Origin: Candidatus Gottesmanbacteria bacterium RIFCSPHIGHO2_02_FULL_40_13
Lineage (GTDB): Bacteria; Patescibacteriota; Microgenomatia; 2-02-FULL-39-11
Assembly (NCBI GenBank): GCA_001779235.1
Contig: MFJN01000009.1
Span: 1 to 40,368 of the forward strand
Direction of reading: 5' to 3'
DNA length: 40,368 nt
The stretch's first letter is position 1. Every line of letters begins with the position of its first letter. The notes under the pieces are model-generated. The model had not been told where the DNA came from. It made no database searches and saw nothing but the letters and a program-made list of their open reading frames with translations. This document shows positions 19,243 to 28,956 of the stretch, in pieces. The translations under genes and the position numbers were made by a program.

Positions 19243-20701
19243 TGCGGGCAAGCCTTATTGGCACGACAAGGCTTTCATCTCAACACTCGCGGAATTGAAG
19301 GAGTGTTATTTATGTTTTTCGGATCTCGCGATGGATGAGTATAACTGGGACTGGGAAGGAAAATTCGTTGATGAGGCGGTGGTCGACAGACTTCTCAGCA
19401 AATATTACACCTATTTCAAAAAAAATCCTTTGGGTAAAGAAAAATTTCTTACTTTCCGCATTCCCAATCCGCGGGTGGAAAAACAATTCAGGCTGGCCAG
19501 AGCCTTCATGGTAATGATTACCAGTAGTCAATTGGCAGAGAGTTTGGGTTTTAACCATCCTCCAATTTTTGAAACAATACTCCCCTTGACGGAAACAGCT
19601 GAAGAAATAATTGATATTCAGGAAGCGTTCAGGGAGATTGTCGATATTGATCACAGATTACTTAAGATGAATGATTCCATCAGATCCATCGAAATTATTC
19701 CCCTTTTTGAGCAAGTGAATGTGATTATCAGATCTTCAGAAATTTTACGGGAGTATTTCAAACTTCATAAAGCCAGATTCGGTAAATATCCCGCCTATCT
19801 CAGACCTTACTGTGCCCGGAGCGATCCGGCTCTCAATTCATCACTAGTACCCACCATGCTGGCATTAAAAATAGCCTTATCACAATTTAGGAACTTAGAG
19901 CAAGAATCAGGCATAAGGCTTTATCCTATGGTTGGCACAGGGACTCTGCCTTTCAGGGGATCGGTAACCCCTACTAACATTCAAGACGTGCTGAATGAAT
20001 ACAGGGGTGTGAAAACCATGATTTTACAAAGTGCATTCAGATATGATTTTCCCAAAAAGAAAGTAAAGACAGCCATAAACATCTTAAAACAAAGACTGCC
20101 GGAAGGAATTGCGGCTCAAATTGACACATGCACAAAAAAGAAACTTCTTAAAATAATTCCTTATTTTGAGATTCCTTACCGGGAAACCGTGGAAAAATTA
20201 GCTCCGCTGATAAATTCACTGAGCTTGTACGTCGCAAAAAGAAGGGAAAGAGTTCTACATATCGGGCTTTTCGGTTACTCGCGGGGTGTAGGAAAAGTGC
20301 ATTTACCACGGGCTATTTCTTTCACGGCCTCACTTTATTCTCTGGGAATCCCTCCTGAACTTATTGCCACAGGAAGAGGTTTAAAAAAAGCTAAGGGTAT
20401 GGGACTCACAGAAGAGATATTCCGATATTATGTCAACTTTAAAAAAGATATCATCAAGGCAGGTTATTTTTTAAATAAAAAAAATCTGGCTCGTCTTGCC
20501 TCGGATATACCCGCTTTTAAGCAGGTTATTGAGGACGTTTTTGAGATAGAAAAGCTATTAAAGGTGACACTTGGTCCCCAAGACGATATTCAAAAAGAAC
20601 ATTGCAAATTATCTGAGACTATTTATAATAGGTTAAAAAGTAAAGCCAATCCGACCAATCTTATTTCTCTGGCAGGCAGTCTAAGAAAAAGTTTAGGTTA
20701 A
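19199..20701 (+). CDS. ppcA: Archaeal-type phosphoenolpyruvate carboxylase
   Basis: MRKIPATMATQHPDNA, WDWEGK, IIPLFE, ARSDPALN, PFRG, LPRAISFT. Start set at ATG 19199, overlapping the recJ end. Confidence 0.92.
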   Translation: MRKIPATMATQHPDNAGKPYWHDKAFISTLAELKECYLCFSDLAMDEYNWDWEGKFVDEAVVDRLLSKYYTYFKKNPLGKEKFLTFRIPNPRVEKQFRLARAFMVMITSSQLAESLGFNHPPIFETILPLTETAEEIIDIQEAFREIVDIDHRLLKMNDSIRSIEIIPLFEQVNVIIRSSEILREYFKLHKARFGKYPAYLRPYCARSDPALNSSLVPTMLALKIALSQFRNLEQESGIRLYPMVGTGTLPFRGSVTPTNIQDVLNEYRGVKTMILQSAFRYDFPKKKVKTAINILKQRLPEGIAAQIDTCTKKKLLKIIPYFEIPYRETVEKLAPLINSLSLYVAKRRERVLHIGLFGYSRGVGKVHLPRAISFTASLYSLGIPPELIATGRGLKKAKGMGLTEEIFRYYVNFKKDIIKAGYFLNKKNLARLASDIPAFKQVIEDVFEIEKLLKVTLGPQDDIQKEHCKLSETIYNRLKSKANPTNLISLAGSLRKSLG

Positions 20702-20726
20702 TTAAAAATATTTCAAGGAGGCAGTT

Positions 20727-21926
20727 ATGAAAATTAACATTTCAGAAAGAGCTTTTAAGAGTCCGGCTTCAGCCATTAGGAAACTTGTTCCATTAGCTGA
20801 TAAAGCCAAGAAAAAAGGCATTAAAGTTTACCATTTAAATATCGGTCAACCGGACATGGCAACCCCCAAACCGATTATTAACGCAATAAAAAAATTTTCC
20901 CGCGACACTCTGGAATATGCCCCTTCTGAAGGGATTCACGAAACCATCGCAGCCTGGCAAAAATTTTACCATGATAAATCAGTAAAATTTGACCAAAGTG
21001 AAATTATTGTTACCAGCGGGGGATCAGAAGGACTTATTTTAGCTTTCTTAACTGTAACTGATCCGGGTGACGAATTGATAGTTTTTGAACCTTTTTATAC
21101 AAGTTATGCCATCATGGCAGCCATGGGCAATATAGTTCTAAAAGCTCTTCCAACTGAAGTTGAAACCGGATACCATTTTCCGCCGAAAGTGATGATTGAA
21201 AAAGCCATCAGCCGTAAAACCCGCGGTATAGTGCTCTGCAATCCTAATAACCCGACAGGCACCATGTATACATCTCAAGAGGTCAGGATGATCGCCGATA
21301 TTGCATTGAAGCATAATCTCTTCATAATTTCAGATGAGACATATCAGGAAATAGTTTTTGACGATAAAAAAGTACTGCCTTTCATGTCTTTTACAAAACT
21401 TCACAACCAACTTATCGTTGCCGACAGTGTTTCCAAAAGATTTAATTCCTGCGGAGCCCGGATCGGCTGTGTGGCCAGTAAAAATAAAGAGGTGATGGCG
21501 GCAATTATGCGTTTCGCTCAAGCAAGACTGTCAGTAGCCACAGTTGACCAACTGGCTCTTATTCCTGTACTTATCAACTCCCGCCAATATACCGAGCAGG
21601 TCAAAAAAAATTACAAAAAAAGAAGAGATATGGTAGTTTCTGAACTTCGTAAGATTAAAGGGGTTTCTTTCGTTGTTCCCGAGGGAGCATTTTATATTAT
21701 GCCCAGAATTCCGGTAGACGACAGTGATAAATTTGCCGAATTTTTACTGAATGATTTTTCCGATCACAGAGAAACTGTCATGATTGCGCCTGCAACCGGT
21801 TTTTATAAAAATCCCCAAAAAGGTAAAGATAAAATTAGAATAGCTTATGTTCTAAGCGAAGAGAAACTGCAAAGAGCTATCAGGCTTTTAGGAATGGCAT
21901 TAGAAAAGTATAATCGCAAGAAATAA
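20727..21926 (+). CDS. PLP-dependent class I/II aminotransferase (aspartate aminotransferase-like)
   Basis: LNIGQPD, NPNNPTG, DETY, SVSKRFNSCGARIG. AAGGAGG RBS. Confidence 0.9.
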   Translation: MKINISERAFKSPASAIRKLVPLADKAKKKGIKVYHLNIGQPDMATPKPIINAIKKFSRDTLEYAPSEGIHETIAAWQKFYHDKSVKFDQSEIIVTSGGSEGLILAFLTVTDPGDELIVFEPFYTSYAIMAAMGNIVLKALPTEVETGYHFPPKVMIEKAISRKTRGIVLCNPNNPTGTMYTSQEVRMIADIALKHNLFIISDETYQEIVFDDKKVLPFMSFTKLHNQLIVADSVSKRFNSCGARIGCVASKNKEVMAAIMRFAQARLSVATVDQLALIPVLINSRQYTEQVKKNYKKRRDMVVSELRKIKGVSFVVPEGAFYIMPRIPVDDSDKFAEFLLNDFSDHRETVMIAPATGFYKNPQKGKDKIRIAYVLSEEKLQRAIRLLGMALEKYNRKK

Positions 21927-21927
21927 T

Positions 21928-23328
21928 ATGCAAAGGACGCTTACAATAGAAACGCCGGCAAAAGTTGGAGATAAGGTGCTACTTTTAGGCTGGGTTGACA
22001 AAAGACGTGATCACGGCAAGATTGTTTTTATCGATCTTAGAGACCGGAGCGGTATCATTCAGCTTGTCTTAACTGGTGAAATTCCGCGGTTAAGTCTAGA
22101 GGATGTAATTGAAGTTGAAGGAGCGGTAAAAGCTAGACCTCCCAAACTGGTAAATCCTAAAATTGCTACAGGAAATGTGGAAATAGAAGTCTTAAAGCTG
22201 ACCATAATTTCTAAATCCATAGAATTGCCTTTTCCTATTGATAATGACGGGTATGATATTGAAGAAGAGTTGCGCATGAAATACCGCTATTTGGATATAA
22301 GGAGGAGTAGAATGTTTAAAAATCTTCAATTGCGTTCACAGGTAACTAGTTTTATACGGAATTTTCTCACCAAGAAGGATTTTTTAGAGATTGAAACTCC
22401 CATGCTTACCAAAACTACACCCGAAGGCGCACGTGATTTTATCGTCCCATCCCGTCTGCAGAAAGGAAAATTTTATGCTCTGCCTCAATCTCCCCAGCAA
22501 TATAAACAGCTTTTGATGGTAGCCGGAGTGGAGAGATATTTTCAAATTGTCAGATGTTTTCGTGATGAGGATCCCAGAGCCGATAGGGCATATGGTGAGT
22601 TTACGCAACTTGACCTTGAGATGTCTTTCGTAACACAGGAAGATATATTAATACTCACTGAAGAATTATTTACTACTCTAATTGCCGAAGTTTTTCCCGA
22701 TAAGCATATCACTCAATCACCCTGGCCAAGACTGGCTCATAAAGATGTTGTACAAAAATACGGTTCAGACAAGCCGGATTTACGGCAAAACAAAAAAGAT
22801 CCCGATGAGCTGGCATTTGCCTGGATTTTGGATTTTCCGCTTTTCGCTAAACAATCTCAGGAAGATTTTTTTCACGGGTCAGGCAGTGCTAAGTTTGCGC
22901 CTTCCCATCACATGTTTACCGCGCCTCATCCTGATGATATTAAATATTTAGACAGCGATCCTTTAAAAGTCAGAGGTTTACAGCATGATTTGGTTTTAAA
23001 CGGTTATGAAGTGGGTGGAGGCAGTATCAGGATTCACCAAAACGAAATTCAGGATAAAGTTTTTGATCTAATAGGCTTTACTACGGAGCAAAAGAAACAG
23101 TTTTCTCATATGCAGACTGCATTCACGTACGGAGCACCGCCTCATGGAGGTATAGCGCCCGGTATCGACCGGTTTATGATGGCAGTTCTTAGTGAGCCAA
23201 GCGTCCGGGAAGTTATGGCTTTTCCCACATCTGCATCCGGTATAACATCCGTTATGGAAGCTCCAAGTTCTGCAAGTCCTCAGCAACTTGATGAATTAGG
23301 AATCAGAATCATAAATGCCAAAAAGTAA
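21928..23328 (+). CDS. aspS: Aspartate--tRNA ligase, bacterial type, short form lacking the GAD insertion
   Basis: RRDHG...FIDLRD, TPEGARDF, LPQSPQQYKQLLM, CFRDED, GGGSIRIH, PPHGG. Confidence 0.95.
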   Translation: MQRTLTIETPAKVGDKVLLLGWVDKRRDHGKIVFIDLRDRSGIIQLVLTGEIPRLSLEDVIEVEGAVKARPPKLVNPKIATGNVEIEVLKLTIISKSIELPFPIDNDGYDIEEELRMKYRYLDIRRSRMFKNLQLRSQVTSFIRNFLTKKDFLEIETPMLTKTTPEGARDFIVPSRLQKGKFYALPQSPQQYKQLLMVAGVERYFQIVRCFRDEDPRADRAYGEFTQLDLEMSFVTQEDILILTEELFTTLIAEVFPDKHITQSPWPRLAHKDVVQKYGSDKPDLRQNKKDPDELAFAWILDFPLFAKQSQEDFFHGSGSAKFAPSHHMFTAPHPDDIKYLDSDPLKVRGLQHDLVLNGYEVGGGSIRIHQNEIQDKVFDLIGFTTEQKKQFSHMQTAFTYGAPPHGGIAPGIDRFMMAVLSEPSVREVMAFPTSASGITSVMEAPSSASPQQLDELGIRIINAKK

Positions 23329-24286
23329 ATATATTCCCAAAATATTAAAGTATCAATGGAAAATTCTATGGTTTTTCTTGATCACTGTTTTTTTATTATT
23401 AAATCCTTCAGCAAATATTTATTTTCATCCTGTCGACCTGGCTCAAGGATTAACTCTTTCTCCCGATTCTGATTTACCGGAACCTCCCCCAATTCCGATC
23501 AAAATAACCGATAATGATATACCTCAAATCAGCGCCGAAGCCGTATTAATTAAAGATGTTCCATCAGGTATAGTTTTATATTCCAAAAATTCCAGAGAGA
23601 TATATTCACCTGCTTCAACTACGAAGATTGTCACTGCTTTGGTTGCTTTGGACTATTATCATCTTGATGACGTTCTGACAGTTCAATCAGACAATATACA
23701 AGGCAGAGTTATGGGTCTTGTCAAAAAAGAAAAAATTACTTTTGAAGCCTTACTCTATGGTATGTTAGTTCATTCAGCCAATGATGCCGCATATGCAATA
23801 GCTGAGAACTACCCGGGAGGTTTGACGAAGTTTGTTGAAAAAATGAATGATAAAGTTATTGATTTAGGACTCACCAATACTCATCTGACCAATCCGGCCG
23901 GTTTTGATGACAAAAACCACTTTTCCACCGCCGAAGATCTGGTAAAAGTTTCACTGTACGGCTTAAATAATAAATTATTTTCCAAAATTGTCAGCACCAA
24001 AAGAATTGTAGTGTCAGATGTGACATATTCATATTTTCATGATTTGATAAACGTCAATGAATTACTTGGTAAAATCGCGGGAGTGGCCGGAGTCAAAACA
24101 GGGCAGACCGAAAACGGGGGAGAAATTTTAATATCTGAGGTTAAGAAAAATGATACCTTAGTAATCATTGCCGTGCTTAAAAGCAAGGAAAGATTCGCTG
24201 ATACGGAAAAACTGATAAACTATATCTATACCAATTATAATTGGTTACCATTAAATAACCTTATTCCAACCATTCAGGCGAAATAG
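23315..24286 (+). CDS. D-alanyl-D-alanine carboxypeptidase (peptidase S11)
   Basis: SxxK (ASTTK), SxN (SAND) and KTG motifs, with an N-terminal TM. Confidence 0.92.
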   Translation: MPKSKYIPKILKYQWKILWFFLITVFLLLNPSANIYFHPVDLAQGLTLSPDSDLPEPPPIPIKITDNDIPQISAEAVLIKDVPSGIVLYSKNSREIYSPASTTKIVTALVALDYYHLDDVLTVQSDNIQGRVMGLVKKEKITFEALLYGMLVHSANDAAYAIAENYPGGLTKFVEKMNDKVIDLGLTNTHLTNPAGFDDKNHFSTAEDLVKVSLYGLNNKLFSKIVSTKRIVVSDVTYSYFHDLINVNELLGKIAGVAGVKTGQTENGGEILISEVKKNDTLVIIAVLKSKERFADTEKLINYIYTNYNWLPLNNLIPTIQAK

Positions 24287-25325
24287 CAGGAAGATACGCC
24301 GCAAAATCATTATCCCCTTCAAAGACGAAAATCGGTTGCAGGTATGGTTGCGGTTCTTCGCTGTCATAGTAAGCTAAATATATTTTACGAATAATGATAG
24401 CATCTAATTTTTTGTTATTTCCTAATCTGGAAATCAGAGCATAACCGTCTACTAAATCTTTCCACGCCTGTTGGCCGGACCGCAGCGGATAGGTTGCGAA
24501 ATTATTGTAGTCAATCGGCCAATTAGCGTATGATAATTCGATCACCGGAGATTTTATTTGCGAGGAAAAAGTATAAAGAGCGTAATTATAGCTTTCTCCA
24601 AATACCGGCGAAACTATTTTCATTTTATCCAAATCATTTCTGTTGAAATTTACACGTACTGCTTGGATATCAGACTGACTGGCTGATGATATTAATTTAT
24701 TCTGGATAGGGTCGAATTTATAGAAATTCGTGGTAATAATTCCGTTAAGGATTGTGTCATCAAAAAGACTATTTCGCCTGATAAAATTTTTGGCATCAGC
24801 TATGGTTTTTTCTTTGCTAATAATTGTTCCCTGGTTAAAGACCGCAGACGGATTTTTGGAATAATCATATCTTAATTTGAAATTCATACTGGCAATATCA
24901 AGAACAAGTGTACGGTTACTGTCTGCCGGATCAGTATAGTGATAAAAGGTTGAATTAATATCGTCAGGACTAAGAGTAAATTCCAGTTTCAAAGCAAATT
25001 TTTGAGCTTTGTCATCTGACAGAAAACTGGGAACTGTTTTAGGGATGGGATAAACTTTTCCTGAAGAGGTGGTTTCCGGCGGTTTTCCTTCGATATTTTC
25101 CAGGGTAAAATGCATACCTGAAGTCGACAGGCGAAAAGGAAATTGGGGAGCTGGAAGTTTATCAAATTTTACATTTGGACCGGGTATTGGAACTGGATGA
25201 GAGGCCTGCCAATTTTTTATCAGCAAGGATGTTATCCCACGAAGCAAAATAATAAATACTAAAAACCCTATTACATAAGTAATTATTTTTTTTATATAGA
25301 TAGATGTTTCGGTTAGACTGGACAT
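24261..25325 (-). CDS. Hypothetical membrane-anchored extracytoplasmic protein
   Basis: 354-aa ORF with an N-terminal TM and C-terminal IYLAYYD...YLQPIFVFEG. Confidence 0.75.
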   Translation of the reverse strand: MSSLTETSIYIKKIITYVIGFLVFIILLRGITSLLIKNWQASHPVPIPGPNVKFDKLPAPQFPFRLSTSGMHFTLENIEGKPPETTSSGKVYPIPKTVPSFLSDDKAQKFALKLEFTLSPDDINSTFYHYTDPADSNRTLVLDIASMNFKLRYDYSKNPSAVFNQGTIISKEKTIADAKNFIRRNSLFDDTILNGIITTNFYKFDPIQNKLISSASQSDIQAVRVNFNRNDLDKMKIVSPVFGESYNYALYTFSSQIKSPVIELSYANWPIDYNNFATYPLRSGQQAWKDLVDGYALISRLGNNKKLDAIIIRKIYLAYYDSEEPQPYLQPIFVFEGDNDFAAYLPAISPEWLE

Positions 25326-25425
25326 ATTTTTTAAATAGCTGGCAAACGATTCCTTAATTTAGTATAAAATAAAGCATATGATAGAATCAATCTATGTTTA
25401 CATTGAAAGATAGAAAGGAGCGAAT

Positions 25426-26880
25426 GTGAATAATATCAGGGTACGTATAGCTCCGTCTCCGACAGGGGAAGATTTGCATATAGGCAATGTTTATACAGCA
25501 CTTCTTAATTTCATCTTTGCATGCAAATATCACGGAAAGTTCATCGTCAGAATAGAGGATACAGATAGGACAAGATTGGTTCAGGGATCTATGGCGAGGA
25601 TATTGAAAACACTGCACTGGTTTGGTTTGAATTATGATGAAGGGCCCGATATCGGCGGCCCTTATGGACCTTATATTCAGTCAGAACGCCTGGACCTTTA
25701 CAAGCACCATGCTGAAGAATTGGTGAGGAAAGGATTTGCCTATTATTGTTACTGTACACCGGGTGATTTGGAACAAATGCGGCAGGAGCAGATAGCAGCC
25801 GGAAAGCCGACGCTTTACGACGGCAGATGCAAACAAGACAAAGAACAAAGAACAGAAAACCCACCTTCGTTAAAGCTACGACGGGCAAGCAGAGAACAAA
25901 AATATGTTATTAGATTAAATGTTCCGGATGACGGCACTACAGAGTTTAATGATCTGATTCGGGGGAAAGTCAGTTTTCAAAATAGGCTCATCGACGACCA
26001 GGTATTGTTAAAATCCGACGGCTTTCCCACTTATCATCTGGCGGTAGTTGTGGATGATTGTGCTATGAAAATAACCCACGTCATCAGAGCGGAAGATTGG
26101 TTGTCCTCAACACCCAAGCATATCCTGATTTATAAATATTTAGGATTTGAACTTCCGGTTTTTGCTCATACCCCGATCTTGAGAAACCCAGACCGCAGTA
26201 AGCTATCCAAAAGAAAAAACCCTGTATGGATTTCCTGGTATAAAAGTCAGGGATATTTGCCTGAAGCTATTTTAAACCATCTTGCTTTAATGGGTTGGTC
26301 CATGCCTGAGAACTGGAGTGGTAAAACTAATGGTGTGGAAATATTCACGATCGATGAGATGATTAAATATTTCGAGTTAAAGGATGTGAAGACAGTCGGT
26401 CCGGCTTTTGATTTGAAGAAACTGGATTGGATAAACGGTGAATATATCAGAATGACTAATAACTCAAAACTTACAACCCAAATCTATGAATTTTATGATA
26501 AAAAATATCCTCTCGAGCTGATTACCAGGACGACTCCTTTAATTAAAGAACGGATAAAAAAACTATCGGACTATTTTATACTTTGTCAATTTTTCTTTGA
26601 GGCACCGAAGGAATACGAAATACCTCTTTCGGATAAATTATCTCTGGTGAAAGATATTGTTAATAGTTTAAAAATGCTGAATACGTGGAAAGCAGATAAA
26701 ATTGGTGAAAATATGCTGAACTTGGCAACGAGCCTGAATATAAAAAACAGCGAGTTTTTTATGATTTTAAGGGTTGCTATCACAGGCAAAAAAATTTCAC
26801 CCCCCCTTAATGAATCCATGGAAATACTTGGTAAAAAAGAGGTAATAGACCGTCTTAATAATCTAACTTTATCCAAATAA
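25426..26880 (+). CDS. gltX: Glutamate--tRNA ligase
   Basis: RIAPSPTG, HIGN, RIEDTD, PTYHLA, KLSKR. GTG start after AAAGGAG. Confidence 0.97.
   Translation: MNNIRVRIAPSPTGEDLHIGNVYTALLNFIFACKYHGKFIVRIEDTDRTRLVQGSMARILKTLHWFGLNYDEGPDIGGPYGPYIQSERLDLYKHHAEELVRKGFAYYCYCTPGDLEQMRQEQIAAGKPTLYDGRCKQDKEQRTENPPSLKLRRASREQKYVIRLNVPDDGTTEFNDLIRGKVSFQNRLIDDQVLLKSDGFPTYHLAVVVDDCAMKITHVIRAEDWLSSTPKHILIYKYLGFELPVFAHTPILRNPDRSKLSKRKNPVWISWYKSQGYLPEAILNHLALMGWSMPENWSGKTNGVEIFTIDEMIKYFELKDVKTVGPAFDLKKLDWINGEYIRMTNNSKLTTQIYEFYDKKYPLELITRTTPLIKERIKKLSDYFILCQFFFEAPKEYEIPLSDKLSLVKDIVNSLKMLNTWKADKIGENMLNLATSLNIKNSEFFMILRVAITGKKISPPLNESMEILGKKEVIDRLNNLTLSK
25860..25886. repeat. Palindromic repeat inserted in-frame in gltX (encodes PPSLKLRRA)
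   Basis: Imperfect hairpin CCCACCTTCGTTAAAGCTACGACGGGC flanked by AGAACA(A/G) units. Ends resemble the element at 9337-9400. Confidence 0.6.
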
Positions 26881-26950
26881 CACCTATTCAAGCGATAGGG
26901 CGAAGTCACTAATTATCTTATCAAAGAATATTGTAGGTCTTCGCCACAAA

Positions 26951-26995
26951 GGGCCGTATTCATAAATAACGTAAACGTTATTTATGAACGAGCCC
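26951..26995. repeat. Long palindrome upstream of rdgB
   Basis: TTCATAAATAACGT-AA-ACGTTATTTATGAA (26959-26988) has perfect 14-bp arms, with outer GGGC/GCCC. Confidence 0.7.
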
Positions 26996-27015
26996 ATAGC
27001 ATATATTTGTGCTGT

Positions 27016-27678
27016 ATGAAAGAATTGATTATAGCAACGAGTAATTCAGGAAAGATTAGAGAAATAAAAGACATTCTGGTTGATATTCCTTTGGAAATTA
27101 AATCATTAAGTGATATTGGATTGGATGTTGATGTAGAAGAAAACGGAAAAACCTTTGAAGAAAATGCAATACTTAAAGCAAAAACTATTGGAGAAAAAAC
27201 AGGATTGTTGACACTTGCCGATGATTCCGGATTAGAAGTAGATGCGCTTGGAGGAAAACCAGGAGTAAATTCTGCAAGATATGCAGAGGGAACTGACTTG
27301 GACCGCATAAATAAGTTACTTAAGGAACTTAAAGATATTCTGAAAGAGAAACGAGCAGCTAGATTCAGATGTGTGATTGCTTTATATATTCCTCTAAGTC
27401 ATCCTGAGTCCCGATTCGATCGGGACGAAGGATCACTTATTAGCAGCGTTCAGAATGACAATGTTGAGAAAATTGTCACCTTTAAAGGAGTAAGTGAAGG
27501 TTATATAACAGAAAAGCCAGTTGGTTCAAACGGATTCGGTTATGATCCTGTTTTTTATCTTCCCGAACTTGGTAAAACCAGTGCACAGCTGACCTTAAAA
27601 GAAAAAAATAGAGTGAGCCACAGGTCAAAAGCGCTTATCAAATGCCGGGATTTCTTGACAAATTATAATTCCTTATAA
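27016..27678 (+). CDS. rdgB: Non-canonical purine NTP pyrophosphatase (RdgB/HAM1)
   Basis: ATSNSGK, ADDSGLEVDAL, GFGYDPVF, KNRVSHR. ATG at 27016. Confidence 0.95.
   Translation: MKELIIATSNSGKIREIKDILVDIPLEIKSLSDIGLDVDVEENGKTFEENAILKAKTIGEKTGLLTLADDSGLEVDALGGKPGVNSARYAEGTDLDRINKLLKELKDILKEKRAARFRCVIALYIPLSHPESRFDRDEGSLISSVQNDNVEKIVTFKGVSEGYITEKPVGSNGFGYDPVFYLPELGKTSAQLTLKEKNRVSHRSKALIKCRDFLTNYNSL
27398..27459. repeat. Palindromic repeat inserted in-frame in rdgB
   Basis: Termini GTCATCCTGA...TCAGAATGAC enclose the inner hairpin GTCCCGAT-TCG-ATCGGGAC. Confidence 0.75.
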
Positions 27679-28533
27679 ACTTTCGTGCCAATGGGGGTTT
27701 GATTCCACCAATAATTCCAGAAAGACACTCTTACTGGTTGCGGTTTGCAGTTCTTTTCTGGCTGCCATGCCGATTTCTTTTACCATCCTCCCTTTTTCGC
27801 CGATTATCATACTTTTGTACTTCTGATCATTGGTGATAATCCGTGCTTTGATATACAGCGTCTTTTCATTTTTTGTGGTAATTTCATCAACAACACATGT
27901 TAAAGTATAAGGCACTTCTTTGCGTAAAAATAAAAATGCTTTTTCCCTGATAATTTCTGCAATAAACATCTTACTATCCACATTGAGAAGAGGGGTGGCA
28001 GGATTAGCATCTGTTATAATTTTTTCGTGAACGGGCAGTAAAGCGAAAATCTTATCCAACAGCAGGTTTAAATTTGTTTTATACAATCCGGATATTTGTA
28101 CACAGTCATCAAACTCTTCTTCCATAAATTTATAATGGGGAAAAAAGGTGGGTTTTTTTACATCAATTTTATTGACAGCCATTATCTTACGGGTTTTCAC
28201 TCTTCGTACTAAACCCAGAATTTTATTCTCTTCAAAATTCCGGTCTCTGGTATGATCAACAAGATACACCACAACAGCAGGTTTAGCATTTAATGTATTT
28301 TCCGCCTGAGGATTAATACGGGCAGAAACCGGATCCTTAACTTTGCCAAAAACACCGGGAGTGTCGATAAAAATTATCTGTCCGCGGTCATCTTCATAAA
28401 GAGCCTGTATTGAAAATCTGGTAGTCTGGGGTTTGGGAGATGTAATTGATACTTTATTTCCCAGTATATTATTTAACAGTGTTGATTTACCGCTGTTGGG
28501 CCTGCCTACAATTGCTACGTATCCTGCTTTCAT
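27673..28533 (-). CDS. era: GTPase Era
   Basis: GRPNSGKSTL, KPQTTR, DTPG, NKID and a C-terminal KH domain. Confidence 0.96.
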   Translation of the reverse strand: MKAGYVAIVGRPNSGKSTLLNNILGNKVSITSPKPQTTRFSIQALYEDDRGQIIFIDTPGVFGKVKDPVSARINPQAENTLNAKPAVVVYLVDHTRDRNFEENKILGLVRRVKTRKIMAVNKIDVKKPTFFPHYKFMEEEFDDCVQISGLYKTNLNLLLDKIFALLPVHEKIITDANPATPLLNVDSKMFIAEIIREKAFLFLRKEVPYTLTCVVDEITTKNEKTLYIKARIITNDQKYKSMIIGEKGRMVKEIGMAARKELQTATSKSVFLELLVESNPHWHESL

Positions 28534-28581
28534 AATGATTCTTATGTAATTATTCAGTTGTTACCAGTAAAGCCTGAAAAC

Positions 28582-28617
28582 CACCTCGGGGGTGGCCGAA
28601 TGGACTCCCCCGAGGTG
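28582..28617. repeat. GC-rich inverted repeat in a divergent intergenic region
   Basis: CACCTCGGGGG-N14-CCCCCGAGGTG, perfect 11-bp arms. Confidence 0.7.
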
Positions 28618-28695
28618 AAGAAATCGAAGCTGACATCGGGAAGAACTGAAATTACCTTCCATATCCTTGACAATTATACATCAGTAGCATAGGAT

Positions 28696-28953
28696 ATGAA
28701 TATTATGAAAAAGTGGTGGCAGAAATTTTACAGAAGTAATAAAGCCATGGTTTGGGCGGCAATAATTTCCGTAATTTTAACGATCGGAATATTAATTAAA
28801 GTTCCTGATGAAGTGACACGTTTCACTTTGATTATGCCGATTTTTGCAGGTTTTATACTTTTTTCCATCCTGATTACTCCAGACGAAGAGCTGGATGGCG
28901 ATTTTGTCAAAAACGAAGAATCCAAAAAAGCTCCTCTCAAAAAGAAAATCTAA
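28696..28953 (+). CDS. Small hypothetical membrane protein (2 TM)
   Basis: Two hydrophobic segments. Ends 3 nt before the next gene. Confidence 0.65.
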   Translation: MNIMKKWWQKFYRSNKAMVWAAIISVILTIGILIKVPDEVTRFTLIMPIFAGFILFSILITPDEELDGDFVKNEESKKAPLKKKI

Positions 28954-28956
28954 AAT

